DNA of 64,000 nt from the human T2T-CHM13v2.0 reference genome, Homo sapiens. The stretch lies in assembly GCF_009914755.1 (NCBI RefSeq), contig NC_060926.1, one strand, 5' to 3'. This document shows, in pieces, positions 28,912 to 42,770 of the stretch. Below the pieces are notes generated by a model that worked only from the letters and a program-made list of their open reading frames with translations, ran no database searches and had not been told where the DNA came from. The position numbers and the translations under genes are program-made. Positions within the stretch are counted from its first letter, which is position 1. Every line of letters begins with the position of its first letter.

Positions 28912-31900
28912 TTTTTTTTCTGTCTCAACTTTTATTTTAGGTTTAGGGGTTACATGTGCAGGTTTGTTACATGCAGATTGCGTGTCAATGAGATTTGGTG
29001 TATGAATAATCCTGTCACCCAAGTAGTGAGCATAGTAGCCAAGAGGTAGTTTTTCAACCCACGCCCTTCTCCTACTCTTCCACCTCAAGTAGTCCCCACT
29101 ATCTATTGTTCTCATCTTTGTGTCCATGCGTATTCATTGTGCACCTTCTGTTTATAAGTGAGAACATGTGGGATTTGGTTTTTCCTTCCTGTGTTAATTT
29201 AGTTAGGATAATGGCCTCCAGCTGCATCCACGTTGCTGCAAAGGACATGATTTTGTTTTTATAATTGCATAGTATTCCATTGTATATGTGTATCACATAT
29301 TCTTTATCCAGTCCACTGTTGATGGGCATCTAGGTTGATTCCATGTCTTTGCTATTGTGAATAGTGCTGCAATGAATATATGGGTGCATGTGTCTTTTTA
29401 GTAGGACAACGTATATTCCTTTGGGTATATACCAGTAGTGGGATTGCTGGGTCAAATGGTAGTTCTAAGTTCTTTGAGGAATCTCCATACTGCTTTCCAC
29501 AGTACCTGAACAAATTGACTTTCCCATGAACAGTGTGTAAATGTTCCTTTTCTCCACAAGCTTGCCAACATCTGTTGTTTTCTGACTTTTTAATCATAGC
29601 CATTCTGACTCATCTGAGATGGTATCTCATCATGGTTTTGATTAGCATTTTTTCTAATGATTAGTGGTAATATTTTATTCATATGTATTTAGCTCCATGT
29701 ACGTCTTTTGAGAAGTGACTCTTCATGTCCTTTGCCCATTTTAAAATTGGATTATTTGCTTTTTGTTTGTTGAATTGTTTAAGTTCCTTATAGATTCTGG
29801 ATATTAGACCTTTGTCATATGCATAGTTTGTGGCTAATTTCTCCCATTCTGTACATTGTCTGTTTACTCTGTTGAGAGTTTCTTTTGCTGTGCCAAAGTT
29901 CTTTAGTTTAATTAGGGCCTCTTTGTCAATTCCTGTTTTTGTTACAATTGCTTTTGCCACAATCTTCATCATGAAATCTTTGCCAGGACCTATGTCCAGA
30001 TGGTATTTCCTGTTTTCTTCTAGGGCTTTTACAGTTTAAAAGGTCTTACATTTGAATCTTTAATCTATCTTGAGTTAATTTTTATACATGATAAAAAGAA
30101 TGGGTCCAGTTTCAATCTTCTGCATATGACTAGCCAGTTATCCCAGCAGCATTTATTGAATAGGGAATCATTTCCCCAGTGCTTGTTATTGTCAACTTTG
30201 TCGAAGATCAGGTGGTTATAGGTGTGTGACTTTATTTCCAGGTTCTCTATTCTGTTCCATTGGTCTATGTGTCTGTTTTTGTACCAGTGTACTGCTGTTT
30301 TGATTACTGTATAGTTCTAAGTCAGGTAGTATGATGCCTCTTGGCTTTTCTTTGCTTAGAATTGCTTTGGTGATTTAGGCTCTTTTTTGGTTTTACATGA
30401 ATTTTAAAATAGTTTTTTCTAAGTCTATAAAAAATGACATTGGTAGCTTGTTAGGAATAGCATTAAATCTGTAAATTTCTTTGAGCAGTATGTCCATTTT
30501 AACAATATTGATTTTTCCTATCCATGAGCATGGAATGATTCTTTATTTTGTATCATCACTGATTTCTTTTGTATGTTATTTCATTCATTTCAGCCCTGAT
30601 TTTGGTCATTTCTTTTCTTCTGCTAGCTTTGGGGATGTTTTTTTCTTGTTTTTCTAGTTCTTCTAGGTGTAATGTTACATTGTTAATTTTAGATCTTTCT
30701 AAATTCTTGATGTAGGTGCTTAGTGCTATAAATTTTCCAATTAACATTGCTTTAGCTATGCCACAAAAATTCCACCATGTTGTAGCTCCGTTTTCATTAG
30801 TTTTAAAGAATTTTTTGATTTCTGCCTTAATTTTGTTCCTTACCCAAAAGTCATTGAGAAGCAGGTTTTTTAACTTCCATGTAATTGTGTAGTTTTGAGA
30901 GATCTTCTTGGTATTGATTTCTATTTGTATTCAACTATGTTTCCAGAAAGTAGTTGGTATGAGTTCAGTTTTTAAAAATTTATTGAGATGTACTTTATGG
31001 CTGAGCATGTGGTCAATCTTAGAGTATGTGCCATATGCAGATAAGAAAAATCTTTATTCTGTTGTTGGATGGAGTGTTCTGTAGATGTTTATTACGTCCA
31101 GTTGGTCAAGTGTCAAGTTTAAGTGCAGGGTACCTTTGTTAGATTTTTGCCTCAATGATCTAACACTATCAATGGGGTATTGAAATCTCCCTCTATTCTT
31201 GTGCAGTTATCTAAATCTCTTAGTAGATCTCTATGACCTTGTTTTATGAATCTGGGTGTTCCAATGTTAGATGCATATATATTTAGGCTAGTTAAGTCTT
31301 CTTGTTGAACATTTTATAATTATGTAATGCCTTTTTTTGGGTCCTTTTTTGACCATTGTTGGTTTAAAGTCCGTTTTATCTGACATAAGAATGGCAACTC
31401 CTGCTCCTTTTGGTTATCCATTTGCCTGATAGATCTTTCTCCACTGCTTTACTTTGAGCCTATGGGTGTTGTTACTTGAGAGATGGGTCTCCTGAAGACA
31501 GCAGACAGTTAGGTCTTGCTTCCTTCTCCATCTTGCCACTCTATGCTTTTTAAGTAGGGCGTGTAGCCCATTTACATTCAAGGTCAATATTTATATGTGA
31601 AGATTTGATCCTGTCATTGTGTTGTTAGCTGGCTGTCATGTAGTCTTGATTGTATGATTGTTTTACAGTAACAATGGGCTATGTTCTTAGGTGTGTTTTC
31701 ATGGTAGCAGGTATCATTCTTTCGTTTCCATGTTTAACATTCCCTTTAGGACCTCTTCTAAGACAGGTCTAATGATAATGAATTCCCATAGCATTTGCTT
31801 GTCTGAAAAGGATTTTACTTCTTCTCCTGTAAAGGTTAGTTTGGTGGATAAGCAATTCGTGATTGGGATTTCTTTTCTTTAAAAATGCTGAAAATAGGCC

Positions 31901-33721
31901 CCCAATCTCCTCTGGATTGTAAGGTTTCTGCTGAAAGCTTCAATGTTAGCCTGATAGAGTTCCCTTAAGTGACCTACCTCTTCTCTCTAACTGCCTTTAA
32001 GATTTTTTTCTTTCATGTTAACCTTGGAGAATCTGATGACTATGCATCTTGGGGATGGTCATCCTGTATAGTATCTCACAGGGGTTCTCTGAATTTCTTT
32101 AATTTTCATGTTGACTTCTCTAGCAAGATTGGGGAAAATTTTGTGGACTATATCCTCAAATATGTTTACCAAGTGGCTTGGTCTTCTTTTTCAGGAATGC
32201 CAATGAGTCATAGTTTTGGTCTCTACATAATCCCATATTTCTTGGAGGTTTTGTTCATTTTTAAAAAGCATTTTTCTTTATTTTTGTCTGCCTAAGTTGC
32301 TTCAAAGGAGCAGTCTTTAAGCTCTGAGATTCCTTCGTCTGCTTGGTATATTCTCTTGTTAATGCTTCCAGTTGTATTACAAAATTCCTATAGTGAAGTT
32401 TTCATGTCCAGAAGTTCAGTTTGGTTCTTTCTTAACATGGCTATGTTGTCTTTCAACTCTTGGATCATTTACTGTTTTCCTTGGATTGGGTTTCAACCTC
32501 TCTTGTATCTCATTAGGCTCCCTTGCCATCCAGATTCTGAATTCTATGTCTGACATTTTTTATCTGCTTAAGAACCATTGCTGGGAAGCTACTGTGATCA
32601 TTTGGAGGGAAAAGGACACTCTGGCTTTTAGAGTTTCTGGAGTTCTCACACTAGTTCTTTCTCCTCTGTGAGGGCTGATGTACCTTTATCCTTTGAAGTT
32701 GTTATCCTTTGGATGGTGCCTTCTATTTTTGTGATCTTTATAGTCCTTGAGTGTTTGAATGTGGGGCAAGTCAGGTATAGCGAAAAGGCTTCATTTCTGG
32801 ATGCCTTTAGAGACCCAAAGCTCAGCTTTGCATTTCTGGCCTGTGTAGTTTTTAACACAAGGGGGCTGGAACTGAGCCTATGGTTTTTTCTTTTGGCCCC
32901 TTGAGGTCAAGCACTAGCTGTGCTGGAGTCGGCCAAGGTACTCCCAGACTGCTGGCAACAGTGCTCTGTTGGGGACTGCAGTCAAATGCACTCCAGTGGG
33001 GCAGGGTGGGGGTCATGAGTGAACATGCTATGGCAGGGGTTGTCAGTAAAAGTGCTCTGGTAGGGCAGCAGGGGCTGCTGGGAACAGTGCTCAGCACGAT
33101 GACTGAATCTATGCTGTGAGCTAGCACAGCCTGGCAGGCGCTCTAGGAGGGACCAGCAGACAGGGGGGCAGGCAGATCAGACTCAGCCCATTCCCACAGG
33201 AAAGACAGCCCTGCTCTCTTCACGTCTAGCACATAATAAAGACCAAGGCCACCTAGAGGAGTTTGGAGAACCTTGGGGGATGTGCATTTATGGCCATGTT
33301 CTGCTGCAGCTGTCCCTGCACCAAACCACCTGGGCTTTGTGTAGATTCAAGCTCAGTCTCTGCTTACTCTCCAGGCAGTGCCCCCTGCCAACTCAAATGT
33401 CCACTGGGGTCATGGGATTTCCTGTAGCTAGGATCCCAGAGGTCTGTGGTGTCAGTGGGATGCTCCATATTTATTTCACTTGCCCCTTCTTTGGGAGCCG
33501 TTCAAGGTCAGGAACAAGTCCTGGTGCTCAGCAACCCCATGCAGAATTCCCAGCTTCCTCCACCTTCAACCCTGGTGTCTGCATCATTTCTCTCTCCACT
33601 CTTAGTACATTGTCTCTGAAGATCTATTTGGAGTATGTCATTCGGCTCAATATTCTGATCTCTCTCAGTGGGAGAAATTCTTCCTGGCTGTGTCTAGATG
33701 GCCACCTTGTCCCAAGTTTCA
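28912..33721 (-). mobile_element. L1PA15/16-like element with both ends but RT region deleted
   Basis: Poly-T and L1PA15/16-type 3' UTR at 28912; ORF2 C-terminal pieces 29099-29972; 5' terminus tctagatggccaccttg near 33700; exact TSD cctttacttctt at 28900-28911 and 33722-33733. Confidence 0.88.
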
Positions 33722-34727
33722 CCTTTACTTCTTCAAAGACTTGCATTTTCTCTCCTTTTTATTCCCACTGCCACACCCCTTTTATTCATTTGTCCCACTG
33801 TAATAACCTCCTGCTTCTTATCTCTTTATTTTTCAGTCCTTATCAGACTTCTTTATTATCAGTTTTCTTCCCTTGGGAAAACCAAACAACCTAAACTCAT
33901 AATTGTGTTTTCTTTAAGCCTTTCCACTTGTAAAACTTGTTCTTAAGCCAGCCTTCTCTTAGCAATTCCAGATTCCATCATTATTATTATCATCATCATT
34001 ATCATCACCACCCTTGTTAATTTTTCCTTATATGACTCAGTTTTTGGCCACTTAAACTAGCAAAGAATCAATTTGTAATATAGTTTTCCAACTTGATACT
34101 GATGAATTATGGCTCCAAACCCCCTTTCTGAGAAGGAATAAAAATATATAAGAAAAATCTGAAGTGCAACAGAGGTGATGAAAAGCATCTACATTGTGAG
34201 AATGAGATTTATTTTTTTGCAGGCACAATAATCAGCATGTGGCTAACTCAAGATCTGATGGAAAGAGACAGATCCAGTGATATTTGAAAAGAGGTCTGTT
34301 AGAATGAGACTCCCATGTTTTTTTTTTTTTAACATGGGTTCCAATAACCTTCTCTTTTTAATTCATTGTTGTAGTCAGAATCTTTAAACTGTAGTTTGCC
34401 TCTCTTGTTTCAAAATCTCAGACTTTGCCAAAAGTGTGAAGGGAAAAAGGCATCTATGATATGGCAATATGATTCATCAAGAATAACAACTAAGCCACCG
34501 TCCTTCACACATTTGGTGATCAGACTTTGAGTACTCTGGGGTAGTTCTTTATTTTCCTGCATGTTGTGAGTTTTTGACATGTATATAATTTCTATTTCAA
34601 GAGGCAGAGAAATGCTGAATTTTATAGACAATTCATTAATTCTCAATGAATTTTCTTTTTCATTATAGAAAATGCTTAATTCTCAATGGTCTTAATTTTC
34701 AAATATATGTGATTATTTTCTCTATAT

Positions 34728-35910
34728 AGCAGGCAGAGTGATCTTTTAAAAACAGAAAGCCTGTTTCTGTCAAATCCTGTCAAATCCCCCTTGATTGACG
34801 CCTCAAGACGGTAAACTACAGGAACCCAATGGCCTGGGCTTTCTTTAATACATGCTGCCTCTTCTCCTTACCCTAGCTACTGTGATACTCCTTTACTTCC
34901 CCCAAAGGGGCAGACCTCAGAACTCCTGCACACACCATTCCTCTTGTATAACTCATGACTTAGCTAATATCTACTCAAACTCAGCTAAAATATTACTCCT
35001 TCAAAGTGGTCTTCCCTGACATGCTCTTTCCAATTAAAAGCACTATACCTATATTGTCTCATTCCAGCTTATACTCTTTCTTCAAATCCCTTAACAAAAT
35101 TGGTAATTGTATAGTACACTGTATGATTCTTTGATCAATGTCTATCTCCTTGTATCAGATTTGATGAGAGAGGTAGAACCACCCTACTCTCTTGATATAT
35201 ATCTAGAGATTATAGGGATTAAACCTTATGCCACTGGGTGTGCTGGTGAAGAAATCTATGGAAGGCTGTTGCCTTGCCTCTGGTGGTGAGCCTGAGGTCT
35301 CCATGGGTCAGCAGAACTGGCAGTCAGGAGGAAATTTAGGCATGAAGTTGGGGAGACCAAGGGCAAGCAGGAACCCAGGAGGAGACTGAAACCCACTCCT
35401 ATCTCTCATTATCTGCAACCTTGATGGGGAAAATCTGCAGAAGAATCAGGTGGCCTTCACCATGGAAATGCACATATATCTGCTCACCACCAGAGGCAAG
35501 GAGTGGGACTAAGAGAAGCTGAAGGAGGAGATCAGGCAGAAACTGGAGGGGATGCTGGCCAGCTGCCCCATTACCAACGAGGTGACCCAGCAGCTCAGTG
35601 ACAATGTGTATGAGCTGCAGCAGCCCCTGGTACCCAGTACTGACTTTCAGTGCTGTTGCTTCCCTTCCCTTTACCTTCCAAATCTCAAACTGATGTACCT
35701 TGTGATCATCAGGAAACCAAAATTATACATGAAAGAAAGTTCTGAGAAATATGGTTTCATCTTAGCTAAGATAACACAGTACAAAACTATCCCTTTCCTT
35801 CTTAGTCTCTCAAGTCCCTGACGGCAGGGAATATATTCTCTTTATGTATTTATATGCCCAGCACCTAGAATAGCTTTCAACACATTGTAAGTCCTCTATA
35901 AGTTGTAATT
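34728..35910 (+). mobile_element. L2 3' fragments interrupted by an MLT2 LTR
   Basis: gcagagtgatcttttaaaa, tcttccctgac, gcccagcacctagaatag...aacacattgtaagtcctc. Confidence 0.5.
35151..35778 (-). mobile_element. ERVL solo LTR, MLT2F-like
   Basis: tgtatcag...gagaggtagaaccac start; ttctgagaaatatggtttcatcttagctaagataacaca end. Confidence 0.7.
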
Positions 35911-35943
35911 CAAAGGACGAATTTTTTAATAAACAAATTCTCT

Positions 35944-36097
35944 TTTTTTGTAAGAGACAGTCTCACTCTGTTCCCCAGGCTGGAGTGCAGTGTTGTGATC
36001 ATAGCTTACTACAGCCTCAAACTCATGGGTTCAAGGGATCCTCCTGTCTCAGCCTCCTGAATAGCTGCGTTTACAGGCATGAGCCACTGTGCCCAGT
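35944..36097 (-). mobile_element. Alu monomer (FRAM-like)
   Basis: Single right-arm-type monomer; TSD caaattct on both sides. Confidence 0.85.
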
Positions 36098-37368
36098 TCA
36101 AATTCTATTTTTGCCTATGAACAAAGTTAATTTATTCATTAAAAATTACCCTTTGAATGGAAACTTACTGAGCACTCGATTATAAATTCTAAATTGTAAA
36201 ATTGACAAACTTTGAATATGATACTATATTATCAGTGCATTTTATAGATTTAACCACTGTTGGTAGCCTAATAATTGGTGCAAACAAATTTGTAAGTACC
36301 TTAAATTATTTTTGAGTATAAATACAGTAAAGTAAAATTAATTAATTTTAAAATGTCACTATAGGCAAAATGTAACTGTTCCTTTTCTTCATTATGAGAT
36401 ATATATTTTTAAGAAATCAGAAAAATATGTCTTGACAATTCCTTGGAACCTTTTTTTTAAAGATGTAATTGATGGCAAATAATGAGATTACCTTTAGTAT
36501 CCTGTTAAACACTGGAACTCACCTAAGCTTCAGCAACTGTGTTGAAAGTTAGGAATCTTTGGTGGGAAAGGAGAATCAGAAAAACAGGAATTGTTCACTC
36601 CTGTTCATAGAGTTTCTCGGCCCTTCCAAAGAGCTGGGATGTGAAAAACTACCTTCCTATATTTGATTATGGAAATCCCCAGGGAAGTGGAGTTCCCCAC
36701 CCAGAACTGACCTTTAGCATGTCTTATCTTTGGTCTTGAAAAGTTGGCATTTGGCAGCTCTCGGGTAACAAACTGTGCCTCATTGTGCTTTGGTTTAGAG
36801 GACTTGTTTAAGCCAGTGACTATACATTTTCTTTTGGATGAAAACTATAAGAAAATACTCTCTGGATAATACATTTATTTGAGTAACACTTGGTTTCTAA
36901 TTTTAGAAAATGCCCCACTTTTTTATGATGTGCTAGGGCAGTGGATGAGGAGGAGAATCACGTGGAATTTATCTAGTCTTAAGGACTTCAAACATACCCT
37001 TTGGCATGTCAGTTCAAGCAGGTAAAGATATTTTGAGAAAAACAACGGAGTAAGTAAGGGACATTGGGTTGTTGTAGGAGCATTAGGAAAGTTTTAAACC
37101 GAGAAAGACCCTGGCACATTACCAGATTTCAAATTGCTATTTATTTATGTGTTCCACAAATACTTTTAAAGCTTTCTATTATATATGAGGGGGTCTTTAA
37201 ATAGTTCATGGGAAATGAATATTATGAAAAAAATAATGCACGGATTTTAATTTTTTTTGCAACAAAATAAACTCATACTAACTTGCTATAGCATGGCTAA
37301 AGAGAATCTAGTTTTAGGCACTAAGAAGGTTAAGATATTACTTTTAAAAGAGCCCTTATCAGAGAAAC

Positions 37369-38330
37369 ATGAATTCTGCTAAACTTGAAGAACAAACATC
37401 AAGAACAAACATCAAATTTATGGTGAAGCTTGGGTGGAAGAATAGTTAAATTATTGATGCTTTACAAAAACGTTATGGGAACAATGTTCCAAATAAATCA
37501 GCAGATTACAAATGAATAATTTTAAGACGGGATGAGATGATGTTGAAGATAAAGTGCACAATGGCAGACCATCCACATCAATTTACAAAGAAAAGATCTT
37601 GTCCACGACTTAGGTGAAGAGAGCCAACTATTAATAGCAGAAATAAAAGCCAACATTATAGACATCTCAACTTGTTCAGCTTACACAAGTCTGACTGAAA
37701 AATTAAAGTTGAGCCAACTTTCCAGTTGACGAGTGCCAAAATCATTGCATCCAGATTAGCTGCAGACAAGAGTAGAGCTTTCAAAGGAAATTTTAAACAA
37801 GTGGGATCAAGATCTTCAAGCATTTATTTGAAGAATTGTAACAGGGAATGGAACATGGCTTTACCAGTATAATCCTGAAGAAAAAGCACAATCAGAGCAA
37901 TGGCTACCAAGCGGTGGAAGTGGTTCAGTCAAAGCAAAAGTGGACCAGTTAACATTAAAGGTCACGGCAAAAGTTTTTTGAATGTTCAAGGCATTTGCTT
38001 GTTGACTTTCTAAAGTGCCAATGAACGATAACATCTGCTAATTATGAGAGTGTTTTGAGAAAGTTAGCCATACTTTAGCAGAAAAATGCCTGGAAAGTTT
38101 CACTGTAGAGTCCTTGCCCACTACAATAATGCTCCTACTTACTCCTCTCATTAAACAAACACAATTTTACCATAGCTTCGATGGGAAATCATTAGGCATC
38201 CACCTTATAGTCCTGATTTGGCTCCTTTGGACTTCATTTTATTATCAAATCTTTAAAAGGCACCCATTTTTCTTCAGTTAATAATGGATTAAACTTGACG
38301 AACTTATGTTGACAAATGAAGTTCATTTTT
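37369..38330 (+). pseudogene. Hsmar2 transposase pseudogene
   Basis: ATG 37369 MNSAK..RTNIKFMVKLGWK; RVPK (WVPK), TGNGTW (TGDETW), HYNNAP (HHDNAP), YSPDLAPLDF motifs; 13-bp duplication aagaacaaacatc at 37388-37413, stops and frameshifts. Confidence 0.88.
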
Positions 38331-38347
38331 TTATTTTAATTCAATTT

Positions 38348-38520
38348 ATTAATTTAATTTAATTTTGAGATAAGATCTCACTCTGTCACCCAGGCTGGAG
38401 TGCAGTGGTGCAAACACGGCTCACTGTAACCTCCACGACTTGAATTCAGGTGATCCTCCTACCTTAGCCTCCTGAATATCTGGGATCACCAGCATGCACC
38501 ACCACACTTGGCTAATTTTT
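38348..38520 (-). mobile_element. AluJ-type right arm only, abutting the L1 poly-A
   Basis: (aattt)n tail, gagataagatctcactctgtcacccagg...ttggctaattttt then directly L1 3' end. Confidence 0.85.
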
Positions 38521-39109
38521 TTTTTAATTATACTTTAAGATCTGGGATACATGTGCAGAACATGCAGATTTGTTACATAGGTATACACGTGCCATGGTGG
38601 TTTGCTGCACCCAACAACCTATCATCTATATTAGGTATTTCTCCTAATGCTATCCTTCCTCTACCCCCCAACCCCCCGACAGGCCCCAGTGTGTGATGTT
38701 CCCCTCCCTGTGTCCATGTGTTCTCATTGTTCAACTCCCACTTATGAGTGAGAACATGTGGTGTTTGGTTTTCTGTTCCTGTGTTTGTTTGCTGAGAATG
38801 ATGGTTTCCAGCTTCATCCATGTCCCTGCAAAGGATATGAAATCACCCTTTTTTATGGCTGCATAGTATTCCATGGTGTATATGTGCCACGTTTTCTTTA
38901 TACAGTCTATCACTGATGGGCATTTGGGTTGTTCCACGTCTTTGCTATTGTAAATAGTGCTGCAATAAACCATACATGTGCATGTGTCTTGATAGTAGAA
39001 TGATTTATAATCCTTTGGGTATATACCCAGTAATGGGATTGCTGGGTCAAATGGTATTTCTGGTTCTAGATCCTTGAGGAATCACCATACTGTCTTCCAC
39101 AATGGTTGA

Positions 39110-39493
<384 letters not shown>

Positions 39494-40587
39494 TGACATT
39501 TTAATGATCACCATTCTAAGTGGTGTGAGATGGTATCTCATTGTGGTTTTGATTTTCAGTTCTCTAATGACCAGTGATGATGAGCTTTTTTTCATATGTT
39601 TCTTGGCCACATAAATGTCTTCTTTTGAAAAGTGTCTGTTCATATACTTTGCCCACTTTCTGATAGGGTTGTTTTTTTCTTGTAAATTTAAGTTCCTTGT
39701 AGATTCTGAATATTAGCCCTTTGTCAGATGGATAGATTGCAAACATTTTCTCCCATTCTGTAGGTTGCCTGTTCACAGCTTTTGCTGTGCAGAAGCTCTA
39801 CAGTTTAATTAGATCCCGTTTGTCACTTTTAGCTTTTGTTGCCATTGTTTTTGGTGTTTTAGTCATGAAGTCTTTGGCCTTGCCTATGTACTGAAGGTAT
39901 TGCCTAGGTTTTCTTCTATGGTATTTATGGTTTTAAGTTTTACATTTAAGTCTTTAATCCATCTTCAGTTAATTTTTGTATAAGGTATAAGGAAGGGGTC
40001 CAGTTTTAGTGTTCTGCATATGACTAGCCAGTTTTCCCCACACCATTTATTAAACAGAGAATCCTTTCCCCATTGCTTATTTTTGTCAGGTTTGTCAAAG
40101 ACCAGATGGTTGTAGATGTGTGGTGTTATTTCTGAGGCCTCTGTTCTGTTCCATTGGTCTATATATCTGTTTTGGTACCAGTACCATGCTGTTTTGGTTA
40201 CTGTAGCCTTGTAGTATAGTTTGAAGTCAGGTAGCATGATGTCTCCAGCATTGTACTTTTTGCTTAGGATTATCTTGGCTATATGGGCTCTTTTTTGGTT
40301 CCATATGAAATTTAATGTAGTTTTTTCTAATTCTGTGAAGAAAGTAAATGGTAGCTGGATGAGGATAGCATTGAATCTATAAATTACTTTGGGCAGTGTG
40401 TCCATTTTCATGATATTGATCCTTCCTATCCATGAGCATGGAATGTTTTTCCATTTGTTTGTGTCCTCTCTTATTTCCTTGAGCAGTGGTTTGTAGTTCT
40501 CTTTCAAGAGGTCCTTCACATCCCTTGTAAGTTGGATTCCTAGGTATTTTATTCTCTTTGTAGCAATTGTGAATGGGAGTTCACTCA

Positions 40588-40764
<177 letters not shown>

Positions 40765-42257
40765 CTATTCCTATTTGAATACTCTTTATTTCTTTCTCTT
40801 GCCTGATTGCCCTGGCCAGAACTTCCAATACTATGTTGAATAGGAGTGATGAGAGAGGGCATCTTTGTCTTATGCTGGTTTTCAAAGGGAATGCTTCCAG
40901 CTTTTGTCCATTCAGTATGATATTGGCTGTGGGTTTGTCATAAATAGCTCTTATTATTTTGAGATACGTTCCATCCATACCTAGTTTACTGAGAGTTCTT
41001 ATTATGAAGGGGTGCTGAATTTTATTGAAGGCCTTTTCTGCATCTATTGAGATAATCATGTGGTTTTTATCATTGGTTCTGTTTATGTGATGGATTACGT
41101 TTATTGATTTGCGTATGTTAAGCCAGCCTTGCACCCCAAGGATGAAGCTGACTTGATCGTGGTGGATAAGCTTTTTGATGTGCTGCTGGATTCGGTTTGC
41201 CAGTATTTTATTGAGGATTTTCGCATTGATGTTCATCAGGGATATTGGCCTGAAATTTTCTTTTGTTGTGTCTCTGCCAAGTATTGGTATCAAGATGATG
41301 CTGGCTTCATAAAGTGAGTTAGGGAGGATTCTGTGTTTGGAATAGTTTCAGAAGCAATGGTACCAGCTCCTCTTTGTACTTCTGGTGGAATTTGGCTGTG
41401 AATCTGTCTGGTCCTGGGCTTTTTTTGGTTGGTAGGCTATTAATTACTGCCTCAATTTCAGAACTTGTTATTGGTCTATTCAGGGATTCGACTTCTTCCT
41501 GGTTTAGTCTTGCAAGGGTGTATGTGTCCAGGAATTTATCCATTTCTTCTAGATTTTCTAGTTTTATTTTGCATAGAGGTGTTTGTAGTATTCTTTGATG
41601 GTAGTTTGTATTTCTGTGGGATCAGTGGTGATATCCCCTTTATCAGTTTTTATTGTGCCTATTTTATTCTTCTTTCTTTTCTTCTTTATTAGTCTGGCTC
41701 GCAGTCTATCTATTTTGTTAATCTTTTCAAAAAACCACCTCCTGGATTCATTTATTTTTTGAAGGGTTTTTCATGTCTCTGTCTCCTTCAGTTCTGCTCT
41801 GATCTTAGTTATTTCTTGTCTTCTGCTAGCTTTTAAATTTGTTTGCTCTTGCTTCTCTAGTTCTTTTAAATTATTTTTTAATAATTTTAAAATTATATTA
41901 AAAGTAATTATTTTAAAAATTATTTTAAATTACTTCCAAGTATGTGGTCAATTTTAGAATAAGTGCGATGTGGTGCTGAGAAGAATATATATTCTGTTAA
42001 TTTGGGGTGGAGAGTTCTGTAGATGTCTATTAGGCCCACTTGGTCCAGAGTTGAGTTCATGTCCTGAATACCCTTGTTAATTTTCTGTCTCTTTGATGTG
42101 TCTAATATTGACAGTGGGGTGTTAAAGTCGCCCACTATTATCGTGTGATAGGTGTCTAAGAACTTGCTTTATGAATCTGGGTGCTCCTGTATTGGGTGCA
42201 TATATATTTAGGATAGTTGGCTCTTCTTGTTGAATTGATCCCTTTACCATTATGTAA

Positions 42258-42770
<513 letters not shown>

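Noticed and set aside
33280-33894. 204-aa + strand ORF
   Set aside because: Antisense to an L1 5' UTR and running into flank; no domain or codon evidence
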